From contig OY771506.1 of the NCBI GenBank assembly GCA_963674705.1, forward strand, positions 2,272,001 through 2,336,000: a DNA stretch of 64,000 bases, given 5' to 3'. The DNA comes from Phycisphaeraceae bacterium (GTDB taxonomy: Bacteria > Planctomycetota > Phycisphaerae > Phycisphaerales > Phycisphaeraceae). Position numbers and translations under genes: made by a program. This document shows, one piece after another, positions 29,152 to 39,032 of the stretch (its first letter is position 1; every line of letters begins with the position of its first letter). Under the pieces are notes generated by a model. That model was not told the origin of the DNA. It did no database searches and saw only the letters and a list, made by a program, of their open reading frames with translations.

Positions 29152-29516
29152 GTGAACAGCCATCTTCCGATACAGGCGAGCCGTTGGATGCGGACAAGCT
29201 GACGTGGTCGGTGTTGCTGGGTCGATGGATCGAGTTTGCCCGCGGTGCGTTGGCCTTGCCGGATAACGCACAGGGGCGGGCGTTACGCGATAGCGTGGCT
29301 GACATCATCGCACTCCAGGCGGTATGGTTTGCGTTGCAGCACATCGATGAGCTGGATGCGGATGAAAAAGCGTTGGGTCTGGATCGTGCGGAAGTGTTGA
29401 TCGAACGACACACAGCGTTCATCAACAAGCGGTGGGAAAACCGTGAACTGCCTTCAGAGTTGACATCGCTTATAGCAGATGCGCACGAAGCGATAGCTAA
29501 GTCGCGTTCATCATGA
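29148..29516 (+). CDS. Hypothetical protein
   Basis: 122 aa, ATGA overlap with the upstream stop, host-like codon usage. Confidence 0.75.
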   Translation: MSEQPSSDTGEPLDADKLTWSVLLGRWIEFARGALALPDNAQGRALRDSVADIIALQAVWFALQHIDELDADEKALGLDRAEVLIERHTAFINKRWENRELPSELTSLIADAHEAIAKSRSS

Positions 29517-29632
29517 TCTTTAATTGTTCTAAGTAACATCATGGACTTCGATGTTGACGAATACTGCATAAAAATAAGGTAAAAACGCGAAATAGGCCTT
29601 ACATTTTCCTCTGACTTTGTTATATTGTTCCG

Positions 29633-29793
29633 ATCATCCCATTTGGTACGGAGGCCATGAATCGGATGCAATCACTTCGGACTTCTTTTTCTTTTAGTGA
29701 ACGGGTTCTGTCGACGAGGCAGTCGGCAGTTGTGGAGGACATCATCGTAAGAGGTTAATTGTTTACTGCGCGTAGTTGCGCAGCGTTTTTATT
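29633..29793 (+). ncRNA. Candidate small RNA 1 (GGA-containing)
   Basis: Upstream TTACAT..TGT-TATATT extended -10; five GGA motifs; ends in CTGCGC/GCGCAG hairpin plus T-run. Confidence 0.35.
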
Positions 29794-29829
29794 TATTTGA
29801 TGGGCGCTGATCGTGCCCGACAATCCCAT

Positions 29830-29989
29830 ATAAGAGCCAAGCCCGGATACCGTCTGCTGGAGGGGAGAGCCAGGAGGGAGAGGAATCGTGGCCGGTCCCC
29901 GGGCAAGGATGTGGTGGCAGTGTTGTCACCACGGGACGGGGAGAAAGATACGCACCCCGGTAGAAACCGGCCGGGGTGCTGTTTTTTTT
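29830..29989 (+). ncRNA. Candidate CsrB/Rsm-like small RNA 2
   Basis: TTGATG-16-GACAAT promoter; nine GGA motifs in about 100 nt; strong plus-strand terminator. Confidence 0.45.
29952..29989 (+). terminator. Plus-strand intrinsic terminator
   Basis: GCACCCCGG...CCGGGGTGC followed by TGTTTTTTTT. Confidence 0.8.
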
Positions 29990-30063
29990 GTACTTGTAGC
30001 GGCCGTGTATTTTGAAACGTCAATCAGCAACGGGGCGCGACTAATGGTTGCGGCCTTGCACGG

Positions 30064-30810
30064 TTATGTGTTTTTGAGGATGTCCAGATAGGCCTTGACG
30101 GTAGCAGTCATTCCGAGTTCAAGCGCATCGGCGATCAGTGCGTGGCCGATGGATACTTCCATGATGTTGGGGATGGTGACGAATCGGCCGAGGTTATACA
30201 GGTTCAGGTCATGTCCCGCATTCATGCCCAGTCCCAGATCGGTGGCGCAGGCGGCCGCCTCAGCAAATTTTTTGTATTCATTTTCCAGAACGTCGCCGCC
30301 TTGCTCATATGCGACGGCGTAGCTCTCCGTGTACAGCTCGATCCGATCGGCGCCGGTCTGAGGAACAAGTTTAATCTGCTGCGGATCCGGGTCCATGAAC
30401 AGGCTGACCCGGCAACCTAGTGACTTCAGTTCATCTACGATCGGTTTGAGACGCTCGAGGTTGGATGCGATGTTCCAGCCGTGGTCCGAAGTGGACTGAT
30501 CCGGTGAATCAGGCACCAGCGTGCATTGGTCGGGCTTCACGTTACGGGCGTGGTTCATGAATTCGCCTAGAAACGGGTTACCTTCGATATTGAATTCCCG
30601 GCCGTGGTATTCCGGTTCGGCCAGGAGTTTGGCGATGTCCCCGACATCGTGATGACGGATATGTCGCTCATCTGGTCTGGGGTGCACCGTGATGCCGGCG
30701 CTACCGGCTTGCAGTGCGAGTCGGGCCGAATGGACGACGTTGGGAGTGTCACCTTGCCGTGCATTACGTAAAAGTGCGACTTTATTGACGTTTACGCTCA
30801 GGAGAGTCAT
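30064..30810 (-). CDS. pdxJ: Pyridoxine 5'-phosphate synthase
   Basis: LSVNVNKVALLRNAR, ITVHPRPDERHI, RIELYT, NAGHDL, EVSIGHALI. Confidence 0.97.
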   Translation of the reverse strand: MTLLSVNVNKVALLRNARQGDTPNVVHSARLALQAGSAGITVHPRPDERHIRHHDVGDIAKLLAEPEYHGREFNIEGNPFLGEFMNHARNVKPDQCTLVPDSPDQSTSDHGWNIASNLERLKPIVDELKSLGCRVSLFMDPDPQQIKLVPQTGADRIELYTESYAVAYEQGGDVLENEYKKFAEAAACATDLGLGMNAGHDLNLYNLGRFVTIPNIMEVSIGHALIADALELGMTATVKAYLDILKNT

Positions 30811-30992
30811 GTATTGATTACCAGTGGACCAAGAATGTAGAAAATAACTGAATTATAAAGGGGGGTGGACTTGTAAACCTGTATTTAAGTCCTGTTATCG
30901 TATCGTGATGGTACGATTGTGTCTCAAACGTTAGAAAATCAGATTGATTTATCTTTACTTTTAGTGGGACCCGGGATAGAGTGATATCAGTA

Positions 30993-31247
30993 GTGTAGAG
31001 GCCGACCGGGATGACCGGCCCCCGTGGTGCGGCTTGCTGATGCGAGCCAAACGGTGAGGTCGACCGGACCGGGCCAGCGAGACGGCCCAACGCAACGAGC
31101 GAAGGGCTGAATGGTGAAGCCGGCCGTGTAGTGCCGAGTGGTTCCTGCCGATAAGGGGTTGCGTCAAGCAACAGGGACCCAACCGACGCTGTGCGGCCGG
31201 TCCTTATTGGCAACGACCCCCTTCAATCAATCATCCCGATCTATGCG
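30993..31247 (+). ncRNA. Candidate ~250-nt structured RNA or leader of unknown family
   Basis: GC-rich multi-stem island in an AT-rich spacer; paired ends; upstream TTTACT-17-TAGAGT promoter. Confidence 0.45.
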
Positions 31248-31327
31248 ATACAAGTACGGGTGCGATTTGTTGAACGTTGTAGTAACTGATTCGAGGTAAA
31301 ACGTTTCTGGCAGATCAGGGCGAAGTT

Positions 31328-31729
31328 ATGACCATCATTTGGAAACAGGGATATACCACGGGTTCACCGGAGTTGGATCAGCAGCACCGGGAAATGTTCG
31401 ACATGCTCAACAAGCTGGAGGACATGATTGCTCAGGGGGTCTATGAAGGGCCGAAGGTCGACGCACACCTCAAATCATTGGGCACGTATGTCACGCGTCA
31501 CTTCAGCGACGAAGAGTGCTGCATGGAAAAAGCGCAATGCCCGATGGCCCAAAAGAACAAGCAAGAGCACGAACAGTTCCTTAACAAGTATGTTGAATTA
31601 ACTTCAAAATTCAGCAAGCATCGATCATTACAATCGCTCAAAGAAGTCCATAGCTGGGCGGAATCCTGGACCCATGAGCATATTGCCTTTCTCGACATTC
31701 ATCTGAGAACGTGTATCAACCGGGGATGA
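31328..31729 (+). CDS. Single-domain bacteriohemerythrin
   Basis: W...LDQQH, HFSDEE, EH, W-HEHIAFLD. Confidence 0.88.
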   Translation: MTIIWKQGYTTGSPELDQQHREMFDMLNKLEDMIAQGVYEGPKVDAHLKSLGTYVTRHFSDEECCMEKAQCPMAQKNKQEHEQFLNKYVELTSKFSKHRSLQSLKEVHSWAESWTHEHIAFLDIHLRTCINRG

Positions 31730-31918
31730 GGGTAATCCCTCGCATTTGGATGAAGTCGGCTAGCCAGAACCACGATATAGGTTAGGGTCATCGGACGGTT
31801 GGCGTCCGATAGTACGTGATGGCTGTACGCCTTGCGTTGCGTGCCGCTTGGGTACTTCTACTACTTTGTACATGGTGAATTGGGCCAATCGTATACGGAC
31901 CTGTGCAAGGGGTAGCTG

Positions 31919-34720
31919 ATGTCTGTGCTGGATAGTTACAGATTAAATTCGCTTGGCAGGTTCATCGTGCGCTGGCGCGCGGCATTGCTGGTCGCATTGC
32001 TGTCACTGGGCGCCACGTCGTTTGTCAGTTACTTGGCATGGCGAAACCAAGTCAAAGATCATCATCGTCAGGTCCAGGAACGTGTGACTCAACTCACGCT
32101 TGAAGTCTCAGAACGCCTCAATGATTACGAGATCGCGTTGGAGATGGCGCGTGGTCTATTCATGGCAAGTGATGAAGTCACGGCGGAGGAGTGGCGAAAC
32201 TTTTGCACCTCTGAACGGTTCTTCAAGAATATCCCGGGGACTTACGGGTTTGCATACGTGGACCGTGTCAAGGCACAAGAGCTTGATGGATACGTGCGGG
32301 AAGTCCGTTCACGGTCTGATCCTGACTTCGACGTGTTTGACACGACGCTTTATGAACCCGTTCCGTACGATGATTACTGTGTGATCCGATACAACGAGCC
32401 GATGTTTCGTAATGCCAATACGATCGGCTTGAATGTTGCGTCGATCCCCGCATCTCATGACACCATGAGACGCAGTGTTTTAGACGACCGTGTTGCGGTC
32501 TCGCAAGGATTCAGTCTGCATCAGACGGGGGCGGCGAAAGTTGGGGTCGTTCTTTATCTGCCGCTTTTTGAGCATAATGCCGACACACGGACGGCTGAGT
32601 CACGTTTGGAATCCGTTTCGGGGTGGGTCGCGATGTCGGTTGAGATGTCCGCCTTTATGGCCGGTATCTGGCCTGAAGACTGGGAGGGGGTCAGTAGCGC
32701 CCTGGTTCAGCGGGCATCGGGCAGTGAAGATCGGTTGCTTTATCGGCATTCGATGCAAGACCAAGGCACCGACTGGATGAAGGATAAGCGGGGCGGGGGG
32801 CTGTATCAGGCTTCCTTGCCCGTCAATGATTGGCAGTGGGTGCTTTACGTACATGAATCCAGCCCAAACGCACGAATCGCGTGGTCGCGTGTGTTTCTTG
32901 TGGGCGGTGCCAGCAGCGTGATCAGCTTGTTGCTGGTGTTGCTGGTCTGGTCGCTGACCAGGACGCGTGATCGTGCCAAACAACTGGCGGATGCGTTGAC
33001 CCTATCACTGCGTGAATCTGAACAGCGGTATGCGCTGGCGGTGCACGGCTCGAACGACGGCTTGTGGGACTGGGACCTTGCTACGGGCAGGGTTTACTAC
33101 GCGCCGCGGTGGAAAGAACTTCTTGGTGTGCCGGATGATGAGGTTATTTACACACCTGAAGCGTGGTTCAGCCGAATCTCCTCGGGGTGTCTGGCACGTT
33201 TCCATGCCAAGCTGACCGACCATATCCAAGGCAAGTCCGAACGGTTTGATATCGAATTGGAAATGCATCACGCCGACGGCTCAACGCGTTGGATGCTGTG
33301 TCGGGCGGCCGCGGTCCGTGATGACGACGGTAAAGCGATGCGTATCTCCGGATCACTGGCGGATATTTCCGAACTCAAGCAGGCACAGGATGAACTGCGT
33401 GTCCTGGCGCATCACGACCAACTCACGGGGCTGGCAAACCGTTCGTTGTTCACCGATCGACTCAATCATGCGATTGCACGGGCCAAACGCAACAGCTCGT
33501 ACCGATACGCGGTGTTGTTCCTCGACTTCGACGGTTTCAAAATCATCAATGACAGCTTGGGGCACAGCCTGGGTGACAAATTGCTGTCCGAAATGGCGGA
33601 ACGCATACGTTCATGTGTTCGCGAGGTTGATACGGTTGCGCGGTTCGGAGGCGATGAGTTCGTGGTCCTCATGGATGGGATTCATTCTGCGGACGATGTT
33701 CAGGTTTTATCGCAGCGTCTGCTGGACCACCTGGCGGTGCCGTTCAAATTCGAGACATCCGAAGTCATTTCGACGGTGAGTATCGGGGTGGTGGTCGGTA
33801 CTGAGAACTATGAAGATGCCGACGAGGTGATCCGCGACGCGGATGCGGCGATGTACCAGGCGAAGGCCGGAGGACGTGCGCAATATTGTCTGTTTGACTT
33901 GCAGATGCACACGCAGGCGGTCAGGCGGATGCGTCTGGAACAGGACCTTCGTCAATGCAGTTTTGATGAGCAGTTCCAGGTGTATTACCAGCCGATTGTT
34001 GATCTGGAATCGGGAACGACCGTGGGGTTCGAGGCGCTATTGCGATGGGATCATCCCGAGCACGGGCGGATCGAGCCGGATGAGTTTATCGGGATTGCCG
34101 AGGAGTCGGGCCTGATTGTTTCGCTTGGTGAATGGGTTCTTCGGGAATCGTGCAAGCAGATGGCGGCCTGGCGAGCACGGTTTGATGATGTGTTAGAGAT
34201 GAGCATCAACGTCAATCTTTCCCGGCGACAGATGCTCAGCGCGGAGATATTTGACGTCATTGACCGGGTGCTGGTTGAGACCGGTTTGCCGGCACAGGCA
34301 TTGAAACTGGAGGTGACGGAGAGCGCGGTGATGGATAATCCGCAGGCCATCGTCAGCGTGATGCAGCGCATCCACAAGCTGGGTGTGCGGTTGGCGATGG
34401 ATGATTTTGGCACGGGGCATTCATCACTAAGTTGCTTACATCAGTTCCCCATCGATCAATTGAAGATCGACCGCAGCTTTATTGAGAACATGCAGGAGCA
34501 TCGTGAGTTTGCAGCGGTGATGGACGCGATCGTATCGCTTGCACACTTCCTGCGTTTAGAGGTCGTTGCGGAGGGGATCGAGAACGCCGAGCAATTGTCA
34601 CAGTTGCAGGCGATGGATTGCCAGTACGCACAAGGCTTCTTCTTCGCCAAGCCCATGGCCGCGTCTGTGGCGACAAATTACCTGGCAGGTTTCAGGGATG
34701 ACGCGATCGAGGCGGCCTGA
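31919..34720 (+). CDS. CHASE-PAS-GGDEF-EAL diguanylate cyclase/phosphodiesterase
   Basis: TM-flanked CHASE-like region; GSNDGLWDWD PAS; RxxD (REVD) plus GGDEF; EALLRW; DDFGTG. Confidence 0.94.
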   Translation: MSVLDSYRLNSLGRFIVRWRAALLVALLSLGATSFVSYLAWRNQVKDHHRQVQERVTQLTLEVSERLNDYEIALEMARGLFMASDEVTAEEWRNFCTSERFFKNIPGTYGFAYVDRVKAQELDGYVREVRSRSDPDFDVFDTTLYEPVPYDDYCVIRYNEPMFRNANTIGLNVASIPASHDTMRRSVLDDRVAVSQGFSLHQTGAAKVGVVLYLPLFEHNADTRTAESRLESVSGWVAMSVEMSAFMAGIWPEDWEGVSSALVQRASGSEDRLLYRHSMQDQGTDWMKDKRGGGLYQASLPVNDWQWVLYVHESSPNARIAWSRVFLVGGASSVISLLLVLLVWSLTRTRDRAKQLADALTLSLRESEQRYALAVHGSNDGLWDWDLATGRVYYAPRWKELLGVPDDEVIYTPEAWFSRISSGCLARFHAKLTDHIQGKSERFDIELEMHHADGSTRWMLCRAAAVRDDDGKAMRISGSLADISELKQAQDELRVLAHHDQLTGLANRSLFTDRLNHAIARAKRNSSYRYAVLFLDFDGFKIINDSLGHSLGDKLLSEMAERIRSCVREVDTVARFGGDEFVVLMDGIHSADDVQVLSQRLLDHLAVPFKFETSEVISTVSIGVVVGTENYEDADEVIRDADAAMYQAKAGGRAQYCLFDLQMHTQAVRRMRLEQDLRQCSFDEQFQVYYQPIVDLESGTTVGFEALLRWDHPEHGRIEPDEFIGIAEESGLIVSLGEWVLRESCKQMAAWRARFDDVLEMSINVNLSRRQMLSAEIFDVIDRVLVETGLPAQALKLEVTESAVMDNPQAIVSVMQRIHKLGVRLAMDDFGTGHSSLSCLHQFPIDQLKIDRSFIENMQEHREFAAVMDAIVSLAHFLRLEVVAEGIENAEQLSQLQAMDCQYAQGFFFAKPMAASVATNYLAGFRDDAIEAA

Positions 34721-34871
34721 TTCCAATCATACAAGCACGTCGGCAACAAAGCATGGCCGGGTCTTATGATCCGGGCTTGTTCCGCTGTTTGTTGTTGATT
34801 TCGATGTGCTGTCCGACATTATCGTCAAGTCTTTCTATAATGCCGGGCTCAACATTCAGAGGAGCAACACT

Positions 34872-36188
34872 ATGGCAGAACAAGATTACAAACTTGCAAC
34901 CAAGGCTTTGCACGCAGGTCAGGAGCCCGATCCGGCGACCGGCTCACGAGCCGTGCCGATCCACGCGACCACCAGCTATGTTTTCCGGGATACCGACCAT
35001 GCAGCGGCGCTGTTCGGGCTGCAGGAGTTCGGCAATATCTACACCCGGCTGATGAACCCGACGACCGACGTGCTCGAAAAGCGTCTGGCAGCGATGGATG
35101 GCGGGGTGACCGGACTGTGCTTTGCCTCCGGGCAGGCAGCGATCACCGCGGCGATCCTGACTATCGCCCATGCCGGGCAGAACATCGTCTCCGCGACAAG
35201 CCTCTACGGCGGGACTTGGACGCTGTTTACCCAGACCTTTAAGAATCTCGGTATCGAGGTGCGCTTCTTCGACCCGAACGACCCATCCAAGATCAAGAAC
35301 CTGATCGATGACAACACACGTTGTGTGTACATGGAGTCGCTGGGCAATCCGAAACTCGATGTGCCGGACTTCAAGGGCATCTCCGATGCGGCGCACGCCT
35401 GTGGTGTTCCTGTTATCTGCGATAACACGGTGATGACGCCTTACCTGTTGAGGCCGATCGAGCACGGCATCGATATCGTTGTGTACTCGACAACCAAATT
35501 CATCGGCGGGCATGGCACGCACATCGGTGGGGCGATCGTCGACAGTGGTAACTTCAAGTGGGCGGACAACCCGAAGAAGTGGCCCGAGTTCTGTGGCCCA
35601 TCGCCTTCTTATCACGGTGCGGTCTTCGAAGAGCATCTGCGTCCAATGGGCAACATCGCTTACAACATCCATATCCGCACGCACTGGCTGCGTGATACCG
35701 GTGCTGCGATGAGCCCGTTCGCCGCGTTCCTGTTCCTGCAGGGTATCGAGACACTGCACCTGCGTATGCCCCGGCATTGTGAAAACGCGCTGGCGGTCGC
35801 CAAGCATCTGGAAGCGCACCCGAAGGTTGCTTGGGTGAACTATCCCGGCCTTGCTTCACATAAGGATAACGCTCGCGCTAAGCAGTATCTGATCAACGGC
35901 CAAGGAGCGATCCTCGGCTTCGGAATCAAGGCGGCAGACAACGACAAGGCCATGGCGGCCGGCAAGGCGTTCATCAACGCGACCAAGCTCTGCTCGCACC
36001 TGGCGAACATCGGCGACGCCAAGACCCTCGTCATTCACCCGGCTTCGACTACCCACCAACAATTGACCCCGCAGGAGCAGGCCTCGGCCGGTGTCACCCC
36101 GGACTATATCCGCGTGTCCGTCGGCATCGAGGACGTCGACGACATCATCGCCGACATCGACCAGGCACTGGCCGCTGCGGTGGGCTGA
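34872..36188 (+). CDS. metY: O-acetylhomoserine aminocarboxypropyltransferase / sulfhydrylase
   Basis: [21 protein letters not shown] (PLP lysine), [30 protein letters not shown] before ATG 34872. Confidence 0.93.
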   Translation: MAEQDYKLATKALHAGQEPDPATGSRAVPIHATTSYVFRDTDHAAALFGLQEFGNIYTRLMNPTTDVLEKRLAAMDGGVTGLCFASGQAAITAAILTIAHAGQNIVSATSLYGGTWTLFTQTFKNLGIEVRFFDPNDPSKIKNLIDDNTRCVYMESLGNPKLDVPDFKGISDAAHACGVPVICDNTVMTPYLLRPIEHGIDIVVYSTTKFIGGHGTHIGGAIVDSGNFKWADNPKKWPEFCGPSPSYHGAVFEEHLRPMGNIAYNIHIRTHWLRDTGAAMSPFAAFLFLQGIETLHLRMPRHCENALAVAKHLEAHPKVAWVNYPGLASHKDNARAKQYLINGQGAILGFGIKAADNDKAMAAGKAFINATKLCSHLANIGDAKTLVIHPASTTHQQLTPQEQASAGVTPDYIRVSVGIEDVDDIIADIDQALAAAVG

Positions 36189-36220
36189 TCCGCACGACTG
36201 GTTACATATTGACATGATTG

Positions 36221-36252
36221 AGCCCCACCCGGGGAGGGTGGGGTTTCTTTTT
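36221..36252 (+). terminator. Intrinsic terminator after metY
   Basis: CCCCACCC-gggga-GGGTGGGG then TTTCTTTTT. Confidence 0.7.
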
Positions 36253-36270
36253 GGTTAAGATATAGCTCTG

Positions 36271-38034
36271 ATGACAGACGCCTTCGAAAGTACTGACGAT
36301 ATCCGTTCCGGCTCACCGCTGAAGCATCTTCAGTCGGTGACGTTTGATTCGCTGTTTAAGATGAGGCTGGGTGGGCAGTTGCCGAGGGTGGTCTGTGCCT
36401 ATGAGACGTATGGCAAGCTGAATGCTGAGAAGTCCAACGCGGTGCTGGTTTGCCACGCGATCTCGGGGGATTCGCATGTTGCCCGGCATGATCCCGAGGA
36501 TGATCCGGGCTGGTGGGATACGATGGTCGGGCCCGGTATGTCGGTGGATACGGACAAGTTCTTTGTGATCTGCCCGAACATACTGGGCGGCTGCCGGGGT
36601 ACGACAGGCCCCGGTTCGATCGATCCGAAGACGGGCAAGCCTTACGGCCCGACGTTTCCGGATGTCACGGTCGAGGACATGGTAGATCTTCAGGCGATGC
36701 TGCTGGATCATCTGGGGATTGAGAAACTCGCGGCAGTGTTGGGTGGCTCCTTGGGCGGACACCAGGCGATGAGCTGGGCGATCCGATACCCCGATCGCGT
36801 CGCGGCTTGTTGTGCGATCGCTACCAGCGCGAGGCTTTCCAGCCAGGCGCTTGCGTTTGATGTGGTTGCACGCAACGCGATCCAGACCGATCCCGACTTC
36901 CACAAGGGGCTCTACTACGACCAGCCGACGCATCCGGATACCGGCCTGGCGATCGCGCGGATGCTCGGGCATATCACGTATCTTTCCAGTAAGGGTATGT
37001 CGGATAAGTTCGACATCGACCGCCATAAACCTCGGCAACTGGACACCGAGTTTGAGAGTAAGTTCAGCGTCGGTTCGTACCTGGCGCACCAGGGTCAGCG
37101 TTTCGTTGAACGGTTTGATGCCAATAGCTACGTGACATTATCGATGGCGATCGATCTTTTCGATCTGGGTCAGACGCATGAGATGCGGGTCGAGTCTCTG
37201 AGGCCTGCGACGTGTCGGTGGCTGGTTGTTGGTTTTTCCAGTGACTGGTTATTTCCGCCAAGGCAGTCGCGTGAGATCGTGGCCGCGCTAACTGCGCGTG
37301 ACCAGCCGGTGACTTATTGCGAGGTGACGACCGAAGCGGGGCACGATGCGTTTCTGGTCGCCAAGGATATTGAGAAGTATGGGCCGCTGGTTGAAGCGGC
37401 GATCGATCCACCGGCGCCTTGTTCACAGCCGCAGCAGCTTGGTCTGATAGATGAACGGATTGTGGATTTTGTAACCTCTGGCGAGTCGGTGCTCGACCTC
37501 GGTTGCGGTGACGGCCACCTTTTGGATGCACTGCGCAAACGTGGAGCGGGGCGGTTGTGTGGCGTGGAAGTAAAACAAGATGCGATCCTCGCTACCGCGA
37601 AGCGAGGCCTTCCCGTGCTGGATTACGACCTGAACAAAGGTCTGCCCGAGTTCAGTGATCACAGTTTTGATGTTGTGGTGCTGTCTGCCACGCTGCAGGC
37701 TATCGAAAATATCGCTGAATTGTTCGACGAGATGCTACGCGTCGGCAAACGCTGCATCATCAGCTTCGCCAACTTCGCGTACCGCGACCTTCGTTATATG
37801 TATGCCGAGCTTGGTCGCAGCCCCAAGGCCAAGGGTGAATATAGCTACGAATGGTACGACACCCCCAACCGCCGTTTCTGTTCCATCGCAGATGTGCAGG
37901 ACCTGCTGGCAAGCAAAGGGGCGATGATCCACACGGGCATCTACCTGAACACGCATGAAGGTGTGTGTATTTCAGAAGACAACGATCCAAACCTTAATGC
38001 GGATACAGCGATATTGGTGGTGAGTAAGCGTTAG
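36271..38034 (+). CDS. metX: Homoserine O-acyltransferase fused to a MetW-like methyltransferase domain
   Basis: CHAISGD, GGSLGG nucleophile, FDANSY, GHDAFL; then VLDLGCGDG, YEWYDTPN of MetW. Confidence 0.92.
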   Translation: MTDAFESTDDIRSGSPLKHLQSVTFDSLFKMRLGGQLPRVVCAYETYGKLNAEKSNAVLVCHAISGDSHVARHDPEDDPGWWDTMVGPGMSVDTDKFFVICPNILGGCRGTTGPGSIDPKTGKPYGPTFPDVTVEDMVDLQAMLLDHLGIEKLAAVLGGSLGGHQAMSWAIRYPDRVAACCAIATSARLSSQALAFDVVARNAIQTDPDFHKGLYYDQPTHPDTGLAIARMLGHITYLSSKGMSDKFDIDRHKPRQLDTEFESKFSVGSYLAHQGQRFVERFDANSYVTLSMAIDLFDLGQTHEMRVESLRPATCRWLVVGFSSDWLFPPRQSREIVAALTARDQPVTYCEVTTEAGHDAFLVAKDIEKYGPLVEAAIDPPAPCSQPQQLGLIDERIVDFVTSGESVLDLGCGDGHLLDALRKRGAGRLCGVEVKQDAILATAKRGLPVLDYDLNKGLPEFSDHSFDVVVLSATLQAIENIAELFDEMLRVGKRCIISFANFAYRDLRYMYAELGRSPKAKGEYSYEWYDTPNRRFCSIADVQDLLASKGAMIHTGIYLNTHEGVCISEDNDPNLNADTAILVVSKR

Positions 38035-38340
38035 CTACAAAAAGCAACTGAATAATTCGAGGATAACTCTCAAGATACTCAATACCGCATCCGTAACCGC
38101 CCAAATCAACTCTAAAGCGACTTCAGCCAAGCCTGTGTATATCGAGCATAGTACGGCACAAATGAAGCATGTCGCGGCAACTGCGGCATAAGATGGCCAC
38201 CATGTCGCGCCGCAGGCTACACAGATTAATGAGATTATCAAGCCCAAGAACAAACCCGCGATCGCACCAACTATGGCGCTTGTGATTCGACCGAGGGCTT
38301 TGAAGAATCCGCGCCATCGTTGTTTTGGCTGATTATCCAT
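38035..38340 (-). CDS. Hypothetical small membrane protein
   Basis: Hydrophobic ORF; ATG 38340 preferred over the longer track start. Confidence 0.55.
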   Translation of the reverse strand: MDNQPKQRWRGFFKALGRITSAIVGAIAGLFLGLIISLICVACGATWWPSYAAVAATCFICAVLCSIYTGLAEVALELIWAVTDAVLSILRVILELFSCFL

Positions 38341-38778
38341 AAAGGCCGGCATCCCAAGGTGTTTTGCGATAGCAATCATACACCGACGGCAGCGTTTACT
38401 GGTCCGTTTCATCGCGTCCCATGCGAATAACACATGTCGTACGTGCGCGATGATGAGAGTGAAGTGAGGCACTCACAACGTTCGGATCGAGACCGCTTTT
38501 CTCGTGGGGTGGCCATGTCCGCCCCCTCCCTCCGTTTTGGGGCCGAATCTTCGCTATCCACTTGTCAAAGAACAAATTGCGCGATGTCCGCCAATCGGGG
38601 GCAGGACGTCCGCCCCTGCTTTAATGTCCGTTAAGGCCTAAAGCGGACATGGGGCGGACACCGGTCGGACACGGGTGCGTTCACACGTGACGCGATCAAA
38701 AAAAGCATCCTCCCTTATAGGAGGCAACGACGGATTGGTGGGCGCAAAGGGGACGACAGTGAATTGCAACCCCTTACT

Positions 38779-38853
38779 GTCATCTCCGCGCAGGAAGGTA
38801 TCTACGTCATTGGATTCATTGAGCGCGTGGATTTCCGCGTGCGCGGGAATGAC
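38779..38853. repeat. Degenerate REP-like palindrome (GTCATTCCCGCG...CGCGGGAATGAC type)
   Basis: GTCATCTCCGCGCAGGAAGGTATCTAC ... GTGGATTTCCGCGTGCGCGGGAATGAC. Confidence 0.7.
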
Positions 38854-38962
38854 GAGGTTTGTTACTTCGCGTTGAGACGTGATGAAACTGACCATCAATC
38901 GCTACGCTTGGATTGAGATCGCTCTAATGATTGTTGGTCAAATAACGGTGGATCGCCCCAAT

Positions 38963-38996
38963 AAAGAAAAAGCCCACGTTCGATGAACGTGGGCTT
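38963..38996 (-). terminator. Intrinsic terminator of acs
   Basis: A-run then AAGCCCACGTTC-GAT-GAACGTGGGCTT; same stem as at 1498-1520. Confidence 0.8.
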
Positions 38997-39032
38997 CGGG
39001 GGGGTTGGTTGAGTTGTCGAAGCGATTGGATT

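Noticed and set aside
30818..31213. 131-aa minus-strand ORF upstream of pdxJ
   Set aside because: TTG start and atypical composition; better explained by the structured RNA candidate on the other strand.
34721..34871. SAM riboswitch upstream of metY
   Set aside because: A long imperfect hairpin is present, but I could not identify SAM riboswitch core motifs.
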